64,000 nucleotides of DNA from Octopus vulgaris (GCA_951406725.2 OX597814.1:140864001-140928000); one strand, 5' to 3'; shown: positions 38,641-52,640, counted from the first letter of the stretch. The notes: a model not told the origin generated them from the sequence alone. Numbers and translations: made by a program.

Positions 38641-40577
38641 ATAGTAAATCCAAACAAGAACAAGCAAGAAAAAACTACAATCCAAGGCTAGTGATCTATC
38701 ATGGCGAATGCTGGAAAGAGGGGTCACATAGGAGAGCTAAAGTAGTGGTGATCCCAAAACGAAGGCGTGTGTGCGTATGTCAAAGCGTGTATGTGCGTGT
38801 GGGCTGGTGACATTGATGTGTGTAGATGATGGTGTAGGTGCTGGAAAGTGGTCAGTGCTAGTGTGTGTGGTATGGTGGTTGGGGTGTGGGAGAGGCGAGA
38901 GTGGGGGAAGCAAGGGTGAGTCTAAGGCATAGGGTGGGGATGGGATGGGATGTATAGGGATGGTAGGGTTGGAATGTCTAGGGGTGGGGTAACAAGGGAG
39001 AGGGTGGAAGGGAGAAGGTGGGAAGAAGTGAAGAGAAGAAGGTGCCAGAGCAAGAGAGAAGAGGTGGATGGGAGGAAGTATGTGTGAGAGGAAGAGAGGA
39101 CGTGGGTTAGATGAAGAGTGGAGGAGAGTTGAGCCCATGTGGTGCAAAGGAGCAAAGAGAGAAGATAATCCCTGCTCACAGTTAAGATGGGAGTCCGGAT
39201 GGTCCCTGTGCAAGGACAAGCCAAACACAGACAGGTGTTGTAAAGAGTGACTGGTAGAGCAAAAATGGCGCGAGACCGGGTGTCATTGCCAAGTTGGATG
39301 TCTTGAAGGTGTTCCGTGAACTGGACAGCCAAGCGGTGTCCTGTTTGACTGATGTATAGAGGACAGAGCAAGCAGGAGATGCAGTAGATGATGATGCTAG
39401 AAGCACAGGTGAAAGAGTCAGTGATATAATAGAGTTGATGATGGGTGTCTGTGAGGAGGGTGGTGTTGGAGAGGTAAGGGCAAGTGCGGGAGCAGAGGAA
39501 TGAGCCAGGTTGGGTTAGGGAAGAAGCTGTGGACCAAGGTCTCATAGGTTGTGGGCTCATTTGGAGGGGAGGAGTAAGTTAGGGAAGATGTGAAGTGGAG
39601 GGGTTGGACTGGAGTTGCTGAAAGGCTCAGAGAATTGTGCGTTGGAGAGGTAGGGTCGTGGAGTGGTAAGTGAGGGGAAATGGGAGACGGCGGGGCAGGT
39701 GCAGGGGAAGAGAGCAGATGCATGGTCCACAGAACATGCTCTGGCAAGGGCGGTGTGGATAGTGGTGAGGGGATATCCACGTAGGATGAAATGGCAAGCC
39801 ATGAGTTGAGACTGAGTCTCAAAGTCATGGTTGTCACTGCAGAGCCAGTGTAGACAGAGGAATTGGGAATAGGGATGGAGAGCTTGGTGTGTTTAGGGTG
39901 GGAGGAGAAGTTGAGGTATGAGTGTGAGTCTGTGTGTTTGTAGTGGATGGAGGTGGTGAGAATGGAGTGATGAATGCTGACCGAAATGTTGAGAAAGGCA
40001 ACTGAGTGTTGGAAATAGTGCAGGAGAAAGGGAGGGCATGATGGAAAGATTTGACAAAAAAGAGGAAAGAGTCTAGATGTTCACAGGAAAGTGAGGTCGC
40101 ACTGATACAGTTGTCAATATAATGACTATATGGTTCAGGAGTGGGACCAGTGAAACTGGAGAATATTTGGGCCTCAATATAACCAATGAACAGGTTCACA
40201 TAGTTGGGGCCCATTCTCGTTCCCATGGCCACTCCTGAGACCTGCTGGTAAAAATCACCCGCGAACGAGAAGCAGTTAAGTAAGAGGACAAGTTCGGCCA
40301 GACGAAGGAGTGTGGATGTGTCAGATTGGGGGTTGGGTCATAGCCCCTTGTGGTGAGGGATCACCGTGTATAAACTCTTGATGTCAAGAGTGAAGAGAAG
40401 TTCAGAGGGGCCAGGACAGAAAGAGAAAGAGTTGAACAAAGAGCATGGTAGGTGTCATGGATGTGAGAGGGGAGGGAAGCCACTAAGGGGGCAAGGACAC
40501 AGTCAAGATATCTGGAGATGAGTTTGGTGGGGCAGTTGCAGGCGGAGACGATGGGGTGGCCAGGGTTGTTAGGCTTG
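38641..40577 (-). mobile_element. Penelope-like element (RT plus C-terminal GIY-YIG endonuclease), 5'-truncated and decayed
   Basis: KPNNPGHPIVSACNCPT, LFTLDIKSLYTVIPH (RT motif A), GVAMGTRMGPNY (motif B), YIDN (decayed YIDD), FTCASSIIIYCISCLLCPLYISQTGHRLAVQFTEH (GIY-YIG with Cys/His). Both ends lie in TA/CA microsatellite. Confidence 0.92.
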
Positions 40578-40708
40578 TACATATACATATATATATATAC
40601 ACACATATATGTATATATACAAACATATACACACATATGTATACATACATATATACATACTTATACACACACACACATATATATACATACATACATATAT
40701 ATATATAT

Positions 40709-41580
40709 GAGACGTGTAGATTTGTGCTGCCTCCAAGAAGTAAGGTGGAGAGGAGGTTCTTCACAGGCAAAGAACACAGGTACAAGATTTTCTGGGCAGG
40801 GAACACTGATGGGGTCAGGAGCATGGGTATACTTCTTGTGGAAGGTAATCGAGGTAGTCAAAGTATGCAATAGAATACTTAAGATTAGATTAGTGCTACA
40901 TCATGGATTAGCAACCATTATGTCGGCCTATGCTGCTCAGCTGGGGCTACCTGATGGACAGAAAGACCGATTTTAGGACACCCTCTTGCAGATTACCTTG
41001 TTGACGAATGACAGGGACCTTCTCTTTTTGGCTGGTGACTTCAATGGATATGTTGGACAACATACAGGGGGCTTCCATGGAGTACATGGAGGCTATAGTT
41101 TTGGTTCCTGCAATGAGGACGGAACCAGGCTGCTGGAGTTCTGCAATGCAAATGATTTGATGGTTTGCAATACTAACTTCAGGAAACCTGCCAGTCACCC
41201 ACTGTTCTGGCAGACACACTAGCCAAATTGACTACATCCTTGCCAGAAAAAGGGAAAGATGGCTGCTTATAAATGCCAAAGCCTTCCCAGGTGAAGAATG
41301 TATCCCACAACATAGACCAGGAGTTAGCGACTTCAGGATCAGAGGTAAATGGATGCCCAGAAGATGACCACCATGGAGGAGAAGGGTCTGGAAGCTTAAA
41401 GATCCTGCAAATGGACAGAGATTTAGAGGCGTATTACTCGAAGCCTTTGACGAAATGGAAGGGTTTATAGCTTCACATGATGTGGAAGACAACTGGAGGT
41501 TTCTACGGGACAATCTGCTGAGGCCCACTGACCAGATCTGTGGATGGTGCAAAGTCCCCTCTTGACCCAAGGTAACATTT
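40709..41580 (+). mobile_element. RTE LINE endonuclease-domain fragment
   Basis: RRVDLCCLQEVRWRGG, SAYAAQLG, LAGDFNGYVG, QIDYIL motifs. Closely similar to 56420-57071 in the opposite orientation. Confidence 0.92.
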
Positions 41581-42081
41581 CGCACATATCTCTTAGAGTG
41601 AGAGTGGGGCGGGGTTGGCCTGACTCTGAGGAAATTTACTAAGGTAGTGACTGATGAATGTGCAGCCTGCTATCAAAACTCAAATTTAAAAGCACTTTAT
41701 TTCACCCACATAGTCAACCTAAGAATAAACTTTGCCCTTCAAAAAGCAGCTTGGAATGTATTCAGGGCTGCATGGGTGTGTTTTGAACAGGGGAAAATTT
41801 GTATCCATCTTATTTGGATACAGTCTTCCATACAAGTAACCTACAAATCCATCTTGCATGAGGAAGGTACAAGGAATGCAAGTTAATATAATGTAGCATA
41901 GACATAATCAAGTCTTGATGTTTTTCAAAAACTCACCACCAAATTCAATACTTTGTTTTAATTTGATATATTTTCCTAGTATTACGATTTATTTCACATG
42001 AGGAAGAGAAGACTGAAACTCAGTGAGTGTTGATGCTAATCTGCTTACCAAACTATTTTGAGGAATTCAGCTAAGAATTAA

Positions 42082-42306
42082 GTGGAGGCACATGGCTTAG
42101 TGGTTAAGGTGTTGGACTCATGATTGTAAAATTGTGATTTTGATTCTTGAATTGAGTTCTTGAGCAAAACACTTCATTTCATGTTGCTCCAGTCCACTCA
42201 ACTGGTAAAAACGAGTAATCTTGTGACAGACTGGAGTCTCACCCAGAGAGGAATATATACACCAGTGAAGCCGGTCCTATGCTCCTTATGGAGCAAAGTG
42301 GACTAA
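42082..42306 (+). mobile_element. Family E-related SINE, diverged
   Basis: gtggaggcacatggcttagtggtta head; cagctaagaa on both flanks. Related pieces at ~12700-12930(-), 19670-19850(+), 26750-26960(-). Confidence 0.7.
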
Positions 42307-43550
42307 CCAGCTAAGAAATAGTGGCTAAACATGTGCCTTGAAAATCTTGGATTTTTCACACGGAAATCATCATCATCATCATTTAACATCTGTTGTCCAT
42401 GCTGGCATGGGCTAGATGGTTTGACCAGGGCTGGTAAGCTGATGTACTACACCAGACTCCAGTCTGATTTAGCAGGGTTTCTACAGCCTGATGCCCTTAA
42501 TAGGTGCTTTTATGTGCCATTTGCATGACACCAGTATCTGCCATGACTGTGATTTTGCTCGGCTTGATGGGACTTCTCAAGCACAGCATAATGTCAAAGG
42601 TCTCAGTTATGGCCTCCATGAGGACCAATAGTCGAAAGGAACTCAGCCACTTTGCCTCCATGAGGCCTGCCTACTGATAACCATCTTAGTCCTACTTTAT
42701 GATGGGAGGCCTCTGTCTCTCTATGACATTCTAGCTTTTGGGTAATTCACAAGACACTAAAAAAATGACGAATCAGCAAATTGTCAGTCATTAGAGCATT
42801 GAAAAGAATACTTCATGGTATTTGTTCTGACTTTTTGTACTCTGAGTTCAGGTTAGATAAAAAAAAAAGTATGAATTCATGGCAGCTGATTGGCAGAACT
42901 TAGGAAAATCAGGTGAAATGCCTTGCAACATCTGTTCTGGATTCTGAGAGCAACACCAGCAATGACACTGGTGCCAAGTGGTATTGTCCCAAGTCAGTGG
43001 CTTTTCCCTTTGGTATGGAGAGGCAGAGACTTGCATGCATGAGTTAACTGCTAGTCTCCTTCAAAAAAATCCTGCCCAAGCATGCATACACATGTAGAGA
43101 CACATGGTTAATATTGACTCATGGAGGATCAAAAAGAGAGATAGTGAAGGAGGCTGGGAGAGACAATTAGGAAGAAGGGACACATAAGCCAAGACTAAAA
43201 GCAAGAGATGGTCAGTATTTCATGCTAATTATGAATTGAACATAAGCTTTTAAGAGAGTGGGATATTATTTGATTTATTTTAGCTTTTCCTTTATATTTG
43301 GAGACTAATTCTCAACTGAGTCAGCATAAGTGACATAGTGCTACCTGTATATTTTTAAAGCTACTAGAAAAAAGTATGTGTGTAATACCAGTAATCACTG
43401 AATCGTGAAATTGTAGTTAATCAAGTGTTAAGGGCAGCATGTAGCAGAATTAATAAAATAAAGCAGAGAAGAAAATGCTTTGTATAATTTAGTTACATTT
43501 TGAAACCAACTTTGCTTTCTATCCTTGTAGAGTTGATAAAATAATTACTA

Positions 43551-43612
43551 ACTGAAATATTAGACTGAACTCCCACCACTAATACTGAAATATTAGACTG
43601 TACTCCCACCAC
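43551..43612. repeat. 33-bp tandem duplication
   Basis: actgaaatattagactg(a/t)actcccaccac at 43551 and 43584. Confidence 0.9.
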
Positions 43613-46600
43613 CATAACATTCCTGGCTTTGTGTCTGAATGAGAAATTGTTAATTAGGTGTTAGTATGGGCAAGTCTGTTCTTAGTGAATCCAGTGACCC
43701 AGATTAAAGAAGCGAATAGATTAAATAAAATCAAGAAGTATAATATTGTCCATTAAACAGAAATAAAGACCCTGAACTCACTAATCCATTTACAAAAAAA
43801 AAAAGTATTAGTTTTAATGATTGTTATGGGTAGAGATCTGCTTAAGTTTGCTACAAAACAAGAACAATCATGTGTCCATGAAAAAAAAAAAGATATTGAC
43901 GAAGTGATAGAAATGCTGTTGATCTTAGCCTAACTATAGCATATAGTAATGAAGACGACGACAAGGTCAATAAAGTGACTTTGTTGATATTTCTAACAAG
44001 TTGAATGACTACACAGAAGCTCCTACCTTGTGTTGAGCCTATCACATTCCAAGCAATTGTACTACCAGATTATGAACTCAATAACTGGTGAACATTTTAA
44101 ATACTCAGCTAGAGGATCTTCATTCTCTCCTATAAAATTGAGTAACACTCTCTAGTATAAACCAATAACATGAGCACTTAGTGTTACTGGCATTAAACAC
44201 CAGATTAATGCTATACAAGCACAAACAAGCCAATGAGGGAACATCTATATGGTCATCTGACCAGTTAGAAATAGCTGCCATAGCTCACTCAATTTGCAAC
44301 ACACTGTCTTATTAAGAATAAGGGGCTAGATGCTAGATCATGAAGTAATAAATTATATTTACAGCCATCATAGTAATTAGTGTTTGAACTAATTATAGAG
44401 CCAGGGAACAATTTCATTTTTGTATAAGAGGTTAATAATTCTTCAGCATTTAAACAGGCCATATCCGGCCTGAATAGTCAACCCGTGTTATGTTAAAAAC
44501 TGGCCAGATCTGACCTTTCGCACCTACCCTACAATGTTAATTTAATAATAAACAATCATTATCATCATCAATGGGAATAAATAAGCATTACATTTGACAG
44601 AATAACCCGAATGCTAAAGGGTTAATCCCAGATCATCCCTGACTGAGTTGACAAATATAAGACCTGCTTGTTCTCTTCTGGGCATTACCTACCCATGACA
44701 TTATAGCTAATAAGACTCTCCCTTTATGAGATAGTAAGGTGTAATTTGAAGGAAATTTTACTATTATTTTTAGTCAGTTGATAAGTAATGTAGAAGTTCT
44801 TGCAATGGCTTGTAAATTCTTCACATCTAAATTCTCAAAAACTTCATAACAAGAATCAAGATTGTGAATTTTTGTAAAAAGAAACAAAAGAATCCAAATC
44901 TCTACATTTTTCTATGATCCATTTATAAGTTTCCAACAAAACAAACTTCTTCAGACACAGGAATGGTTGGATGTTTAAGATGCTCACTTTGCAACTAGAT
45001 TAGTTTTGGGTTTAGTCTCACTACGTGGCATTTTGGGCAAGTGTCTTCTACTTAAACTCTGGGCTGACCAGTACCTTGTGAGTGAATTTGCCAGCAAGAA
45101 ACTGTGTGGAAGTCTATTGTAGATATATATGTTTATATGTATTTATGTGAGCCTTTGTTCCCCACTACTTGTTTTGGTTTGATTACATCCATGTAACTTA
45201 GCAGTTTGGCAAAAGAGACTGATACAATAATCAGACATAAAAATATGTTATGAGGGTCAATTTGTTTGACCAAACCTTTTAAGGTAGTGTTCGAGCATGG
45301 CTGTAGTCCAACGACTGAAACAAGCAAGAGATAAAAGATTTACATAAGCTCTATTTTGGTGTGACTGTGTGAATGAGAGAGATTTCTTTTTGTTAAAACA
45401 GCAGGATAGTCTTTCCATGACGAACAGTGAACTATAAAACAGATGTGGAATTTGCAGAGTCTGTTTTTTTTTCATCCGCCAGGTAAACAGAATTATGTAC
45501 CTTGCTTAGGTGTACAATACAAAATGTTGTAGTAAGATTTCAACTTGATTAGTAGTAAACCAACAGCTTAAAATAAACCATTACTTTTCCTCTAATTCTA
45601 TTGCATAGCTGTTCTTCTTATTCAAATATTTGTTTAAAATGTTTCACAACAAACTGCTTATAGGAGAGTAGTATCAGTTTCACTTTAGTTATCTAAAGCA
45701 AACCAAGTTGGCTCTGATTCAGCAGACCTGTGATCAAGGGAATTCTAATAATGGCTATCCCATTGTTTTTCTTATCAGATATGCTGTCTTTGACTTTATC
45801 ATCACCATCACCACCATTTTAACATCCACTTTTCCATGAATCAGATGGAATTTTTTGAGGCAGCTGATCTTCTATGGCTGGGTGCTTTTCCTGTTGCACC
45901 CAAGCAAGGCAATATTTCCTCTTGACCAACCCTGTTTTCAGGTGATGTCAAAACAAAGAAGCATAAATGCACGCATATGCAACAACCTTCTTTCAGTTCC
46001 TGTCAACTAAATCTATTCACAAGGCTTTGGTTAACATGGGGCCATAGTAGAAGATACTTACTCAAGGCACCATACAGTGGGACTGAACTCAAAAGCATGT
46101 GAGAAGGAAACAAATTCCACAGCCATGCTTGCATCTAGGGTGTCATTATCCTAAAGGTCAATAAGGTCACTTTGCTGATATTTCTAATATAAAAGTTCAT
46201 TCACTGTACTGTGATAAAACATTCCATGCAATGGGGCGGGGCTATCAGAATTTGATCTCAACAGCTAATCCATAGAATCTTCAGTCTGTCACATTAAATC
46301 GAGGAATAATCTTAAGAACGAGGCAATAACACTAACTCTTAGTGTTTCTGGCATTAATCACCAGATTAATGCTGCATACACATACACAAAAAAAGCCAAT
46401 GAGGGCTCATGTACATCAGGTAAAGGAAACCTTTTCCAAGAAGTGGGTTGCATGAGACAGCTCATCATCAGGCAGGGTACTACTAAAAAAAACCAAGGTA
46501 AATTTTCATCGACATGCCGTTCACAAGGTCATCTGGCCTGCTAGAAATAGCAGCTATAGCTCACTCAATTTGCAACCCACTTTTTTTTTTTTTGCATGAT

Positions 46601-47185
46601 TTCTACAGCTGGATGTCCTTCCTAACATTAACCACTTTAAGTACTGGGTGTATTTTTCATGGCACCAACACCAAAAGTTATCAGTAAAACTAAAGAGTCT
46701 TCTTAAGTCATAACTATACAGAGCTGAGGCTAAGCAACAACAAACACATGCTGTAGATGTCTGAGAGATAAGATCAACTTTCAAGATTTCTAAAATCACT
46801 CTAAAGTCAACAAATCAAACTTCTTAATATTACTGCTTCGATCTTTATCTTCAATGTGTGTAACAGGAACCTAAAAGACTGTTGTATGAAATGTATTCAT
46901 TAGTTCATGTAAGAAGAGATGGACAAGTGTGAAGTCGATGAAAAGGTGAAGTTTGAAGTAAAAGCACCAGGTCACCCCTAAACGACATTCCTAAGATCAA
47001 TCATTTTTTTTTTCAGGTAGAGTGTGACTACGGCTACATTCAAATAGTCAAAGTGTCTTTTCAAAAAATTAGTAGCGAGTAACTTGAAGATTTAGCTGTT
47101 CTTTCTAGTAAGTCAAGAGACAACGTAGAGATCTTTCCAAGAGGGTTTGAGACGAAATTAGCTGGGAGCAATGAAAAATGGAATT

Positions 47186-47552
47186 CGTGTGGCCCTGTTG
47201 GTAACAAGTTTGACTTCCAGCCACATGGTTCCGGCTTCGGTCGCACTGAGTGGCACCTTGGGCAAGAATCTTCTACTATAGCCCAGGGATTTGGCGGACG
47301 GAAACTGAAAGTCCGTCGTATATATATATGTATACGTGTGTGTGTGTGTGTGTTGTCCCCTACTACCGCTTGACAATCGGTGTTGGTTTGTTTACAACCC
47401 CGTAACCTAGCGGTATGACAAGAGCCCAATAGAATAAGCACCAGGCTTTAAAAAAACAAATACTGGGTCGATTCGTTCGAGTAAAACACTCGGAGGTGGT
47501 GACCCAGCATGACCAGAATGTAACGATAGAAACAAGTGAAAGATAGAAAGAT
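47186..47552 (+). mobile_element. SINE family A, diverged
   Basis: ccacatggttccgg...gcaccttgggcaag...ccagcatgaccag blocks. Confidence 0.8.
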
Positions 47553-49097
47553 ATACTAGGTCAAATTAAGTCATGCATGCGTGGAACCACTCCCTAAAAT
47601 ATATGCTGGAGGTTGAGAGGATTGTTCATTATCTGGATAGGTAATGGATATAAATTATTTCAGGATATTGAACATCAATGGATTGTTTTTAAGACTAGAA
47701 AGGTCTAAAATTTATTTCCGTTGTATGATAAAGAACACTGAATTATTTAAACAAATAGAGACTGTACAGTTAATTCATGAAGTCAAGCCCCTCTTCGTAA
47801 ATAATAAAGGAAACTAGTTTGAAAAGACCTATCCCATGTGTCAAGTTAGCGGGTAACTGTATCATTGAAGAGTTATTTTTTAATATTCATAAAACACAAA
47901 CAAACCATAAGAAAGATAGGTGCGGAAGAACTTAAAAACGAAGCGCGAATTTAAGGAAATCGCACTAAGGAAGACCACACTCATCCCCATTGACAAAGTT
48001 TACGATAAAAAGAAATCTATTTTTATGAAATATACGTTCGAAGATATTTTCTGGAATAGTAAGAGGACATTTAATTCATACATGTCAAACCGTTCACACC
48101 CAAGGAATGTTTCCAGAAGTTGAAAATACCACATAACTTGTGTGTATATATATATATATACCCTGGTTAAAAGATATTGAGGCGAAAGTAAAGAATACGT
48201 TCGCTGGGTGGTTAGGGTTTAGGGTTTTAGTTGCGCAGAAATCGGGTGGTGTATGTATTCATTACCTCTACCAGATATTGATATATTTGAAGAATTTTTA
48301 AAAACGAAGAAAATATATTTGAAGAATTTTCACCAAAAGAGGAAGAATATCTTTATAACGACTATAATATAAGTTTGTTACAAATCAAATATAGAATATA
48401 CGAGGAAATGAAATCTGAATGAACCAGGCGGAAGTCTTTCCTGCATGAAACACCTTTATTTTTGGTGCGAAAATATTCATTTTCATAACTGTCAAGAAAC
48501 CTAAGTGTCGCACGTAGATTATGAGAGAAAATTTTTAAATATTTTACTGAATACGCTTTCAAAAAGAAATATTACGTAATCAAAATATCCCCATTACATA
48601 ACTAGTCCACTACCATCTAAAAAATGCGGGATATAATTACAACTACTGTACTGAAGAATTTAAGCAATTGAAGAAAAAAATAACAAAACAAAAAAGCAAT
48701 TCCCATGAACTTGAATCACAATAATCAAAATATTCCTAATTAATTTGAAGCTAATTAAATAAATAAATTTCTCAGGAATCCAGATAAGAAAAGAAATGTG
48801 ATTTCAATGAAGTTCTTTTAGTAACTTTATTATTTGATAAGTTGATTGGGGGTGGAAGAAAAATTGAGGTCGAGGTCGAAGAAATAAGAAATCTAAGTGT
48901 GACCTTTAAAATGAATCAGGTGATAATGAATGCGAAGTTGTCTGTATACGTTAAATTTATAAAATATTTAAGTATTGTCGTTACATGGAATGTGATTTTT
49001 TTTGTCTTCTAGTCATTAATTAACGTTTAGAATTTAATAAAGAATTTGAGATTATTGGGTGTCAGGTAAACACTGCGTTACTTTTTGACTAGCTTAC

Positions 49098-49271
49098 CGT
49101 AAGATGTCCTCTGTTGGTCGTCTCACACCTGTCTTCGGGACTCCTAACAAAACACACATCTCCTAAACCACTAACTGTTTTGGTTTTTTGTGAATGTGTT
49201 ACGAAAAAGACAGCCCTGATGTGAGTCCCGCCAATAGGCTTTAGGTTGAGAATTCGGGCACAGAGAAGCAT
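49098..49271 (-). CDS. C6orf136: C6orf136/DUF2358 homolog, probable first coding exon (MLLCARILNLKPIGGTHIRAVFF...NRGHLT, 58 codons)
   Basis: ATG at 49271, 174 nt open, ending at ACG|gtaagc donor in phase 0, matching the phase-0 start of the 31054 exon. N-terminus is basic/hydrophobic with no acidic residues (mitochondrial presequence-like). Non-repetitive, CpG-retaining context. Linkage across the 18 kb intron is inferred. Confidence 0.65.
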
Positions 49272-49450
49272 AATTCAGCCTTTTTAAAGGAGCAGAGAAA
49301 ACGGTATCAAGCCATGCTTACTATCGTAGTAAATATAGGAGCGGATGTTATTATTGAGCATGTCTGTGGCTTTAATCTACAGGAAGTCAGCAGCACGTGA
49401 AATTAGATGTTCATTTCTACCACGTTCGAATGACAACTGTTTACTTGTAA
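49272..49450 (-). promoter_or_regulatory. Probable 5'UTR/proximal promoter of the C6orf136 homolog
   Basis: Unique sequence just upstream of the ATG with an ETS-like AGGAAGT (49381) and E-box CACGTG (~49394). Position-based inference only. Confidence 0.35.
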
Positions 49451-50188
49451 CGAAGAAGTTTGTTGTTTAACCCTGCCCAGACAGATATGTTCTTTTCCTT
49501 CTCAAAGTGTACGTGAGTCGAGGAGGAGCTGACTGCTATTTCTAGCATCACGATCGCCTATATAGAGGCCCTTTTTCTTTCTCTTTCGTTTCTTTGTAAT
49601 ATAGCTATGATTTACTATTAAAGGAAGCTAGCTACTAAGGAAGTATATTACCATAATGACCTATATATCAATATGTATAGTTTTATTTTTTTACGAGATT
49701 TTGATACAAATCGATCAGGTTATATTAAATTATCAATAGTGATTGAAATGTTGACGATAATGCTTAATATTTTAATGTTTAATGTAAATTGCAAGGTATT
49801 TTCTTCTCTTTTCAATGGTTAATTGTCAATAAAAAAAGTGAAGTTATAATTTAAATATACTCCGTGAGAAGGGCCTTTTAGGACGATTAGAAAATTTGAT
49901 AACTTATCAACAGATATTAAAAAAAATATGCATATCATAGTATATTTATATTAAACATTGCATTCTGTATTTTTATTTAATATAAGGCGCTACATTTATG
50001 AACTTTCAATATATGCGCCTGTGTGTACATGTGTGCATGTGCACATGGACGTATATAGGCATAGGTGGATAATTGTGCGGATAGATAGACAAAGCAGACA
50101 CACGAAATGGACAGATATATCTATATAGAAAGATGCCTGCTTACACGTACGCACGCGCAGACCAGCACCACCACCATCGTCATCATAC

Positions 50189-50689
50189 TCCTCGAGTATA
50201 GTCCGCCCTTGAGTATAATACGCAGGGATTTTTAGGGGACTGTATCTCTGAAAAACCTAAACCCTGTGTATAATACGCACCCCTTCTCTAACTTGAGTCA
50301 AGTTGGTCTATATAACGTCCTTGGTTTGTAAAAATGTATACGGTAACGTCCTTTATTATTATTATACATAAACATAATGTAAACGTAGCTTTTTGTGCAT
50401 TTTGTTTGCAGAACATTAAGAAATAACTAATAACGTTTAATAAATGTTGCTTACTGCAAGTTATGGATGATCCTTTTATGACTTCATTGCTTTCAGGCTT
50501 AGCTTAAGGTATTTTCGAGCCCGACATCACAAAATGCGTCTGAATAAACATTGCCGGACAGCAAATAGAGAGTCGAACATTGCTTAGAAAATAATTTTCA
50601 TTTTTAACCTCGTGTATAATACGCACTAGGGATTTTGACCTTTAAATTTTGGGAAAAAAAATGCGGATTATACTTGAGGATTTACGGTA
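50189..50689. mobile_element. Tc1/mariner-superfamily (Tc2-like) MITE
   Basis: Right end tgcggattatacttgaggatttacgg-TA is inverted to left tcctcgagtatagtccgc (outer ~9 nt missing). Subterminal gtataatacgca occurs three times. Confidence 0.7.
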
Positions 50690-50699
50690 ATCATCATTA

Positions 50700-51921
50700 T
50701 CATCCCATATAGTCCAGCTGTCAAGTACTATTGGCATATTACATTTGTAAAACTATAGACCTGCGTCTCCCTGCAGCAGACACAACTCTTTTTCAGCGGA
50801 AGTTACATGAAATAGAATGCCTTGCACAAGTTCACAATGTTCTACTTGATCGGGAATGGAACACCTGTCCTTTTTGAAACACAATTCGTGGTGTCTGATT
50901 ATATTGTAAGTTTTCTCTTGTAAATCAATTTTTGTGAACCCATGGATAGATAAAAAATTTGTGTTGTTTATGAATATGAGTTCCGTCATGGAACCAATGC
51001 ATCACAGACAGCTTGAAACATCAATGTGATGTTTGGGGATGATGTGGTGAATGAGTGCACTGTTTGAGAAGTTCCAGTCTGGTGACTTTACTCTTGAAAA
51101 TCAGCCCCATGGTAGACCTGAAACCAAGGTGGATAATGATGAGCGAACTGGAAACTGAAGTGGAAGTGGATATGTTTCAAACTACGCTTGAATTAGCAGC
51201 AAGGTTTGATGCTTCGATTCCATCTGTATGGACCATCTGAAACAAATCAGCAATATAAAGAAGATGAACAGGTGAGTACCACATGAACTGAACAAGCATC
51301 AAATGAAACTTGCTGTTCTTTGATGTCACAACATAAAAGTGAACCATTTTTGCATTGTATGGATTCTTTTCAACAATAGCAAGTGTTCTGCATGGTGGTT
51401 GGATAGAGATGAAGTGTCAAAACACAATCCAAAAAAGAATATTCGCCAAAAAAGCTTCATGAAACCCGGCTAGTCAATTACAGTGGATGTATACATCAGC
51501 CAATTGGATGAAATGATGAGTGAAGTTGCAATTAAACAACCAAGATTGGTCAATAGAGACAGGTCAATTCACTTGCAAGACAATGCTCAACCACATGTAC
51601 AGAGATTGCTACTCAAGTTACAGAAACTGAACTTGGAAGTACTCTGTCATCCACCATATTCACCAGACCTTGCACCAACTGACTATCATGTTTTGCAGGG
51701 AAAAATCTTAAAGTCTGAAGAAGATGCAAAAGCAACCATTCGTGATTTCATCACCTCTTGCTCTCCAGAATTCTTCACTGCTAGCATAAATAAGCTACCG
51801 ATAAAATGGCAAAATTTTGTTGATAATTTAGGTGCATACTTTGATTAAATGCATTGCCTTTTGTTGAGAAAAAGTAAAATAAACTTCCAAAATTGGACAT
51901 TTCATTCTTAATGACCTGATA
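50700..51921 (+). mobile_element. Mariner transposon remnant (internally deleted, frameshifted)
   Basis: Transposase start at 50942 (MDR*KICVVYEYEFRHGTNASQTA), decayed WVPHEL at ~51273, HLQDNAQPH and HPPYSPDLAPTDY motifs, stop at 51848. Apparent right TIR ...cattcttaatgacctga followed by TA. Left TIR not seen, so the left boundary is uncertain. Confidence 0.9.
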
Positions 51922-52640
51922 GTGTGGCACATTAGGCAGGTGTCTTCTACAATAGTCTTAGGTCAACCAAAGCCTTGTGAGTGGACTTATTAGATGGAAA
52001 CTGAAAGAAGACCATTGTATATGTGTGTGTCTTTGTGTCATGATACAATAAGCACTGGTACTTTAAAAAGTTGAGTACTGGAGTTGATTCATTGAACTCA
52101 AATTTTTCGAGGTGGTGCCCCAGCATGGTCACAATCTAATGACTGAAACAAGTAGAGCCGCAGACAGTGAACTTGCTTTAACTGACTTACCAGGTGTATG
52201 CCCAAGTCTAAAATAATTTTATATATATGTATGTGCTTGTGTGTGTGTGTGTATCTATGATAATAAATGAGAAATTCTGTCTGTCCGGCACCCCTGTATC
52301 TCAGTCTACATTTGCTCTACATAGACATATTATACCTTTTGGGAATCAGGATGATCCTGGGATTGAAAATCTGTCATTTGGTTCTTGAACATCCAGCATT
52401 GAGGTCTAATGAAAAAGCATTTGGGTTGCTATTTCTAGTGTTTATAGAAAATACTACTCCAGTGCATGTTCTCTGTTAGTCTGCCTGTGATTCCACTGCA
52501 TCCCTTATGTGTCCATAGATTACTTTGAGTACAGCGTAAGGAGTTTATACCTTTACATTTTCTGTATCCTGAGAAAGGCTATTTCCCGGAAGGTGCTAAG
52601 GGCCTGTCTTGTTTTCTACTTACTAAAATCTTCATCTTTG

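Noticed and set aside
52252-52420. Helitron-like 5' start (tctatgataataaa...ctgtctgtcc)
   Set aside because: No 3' hairpin or CTAG end identified.
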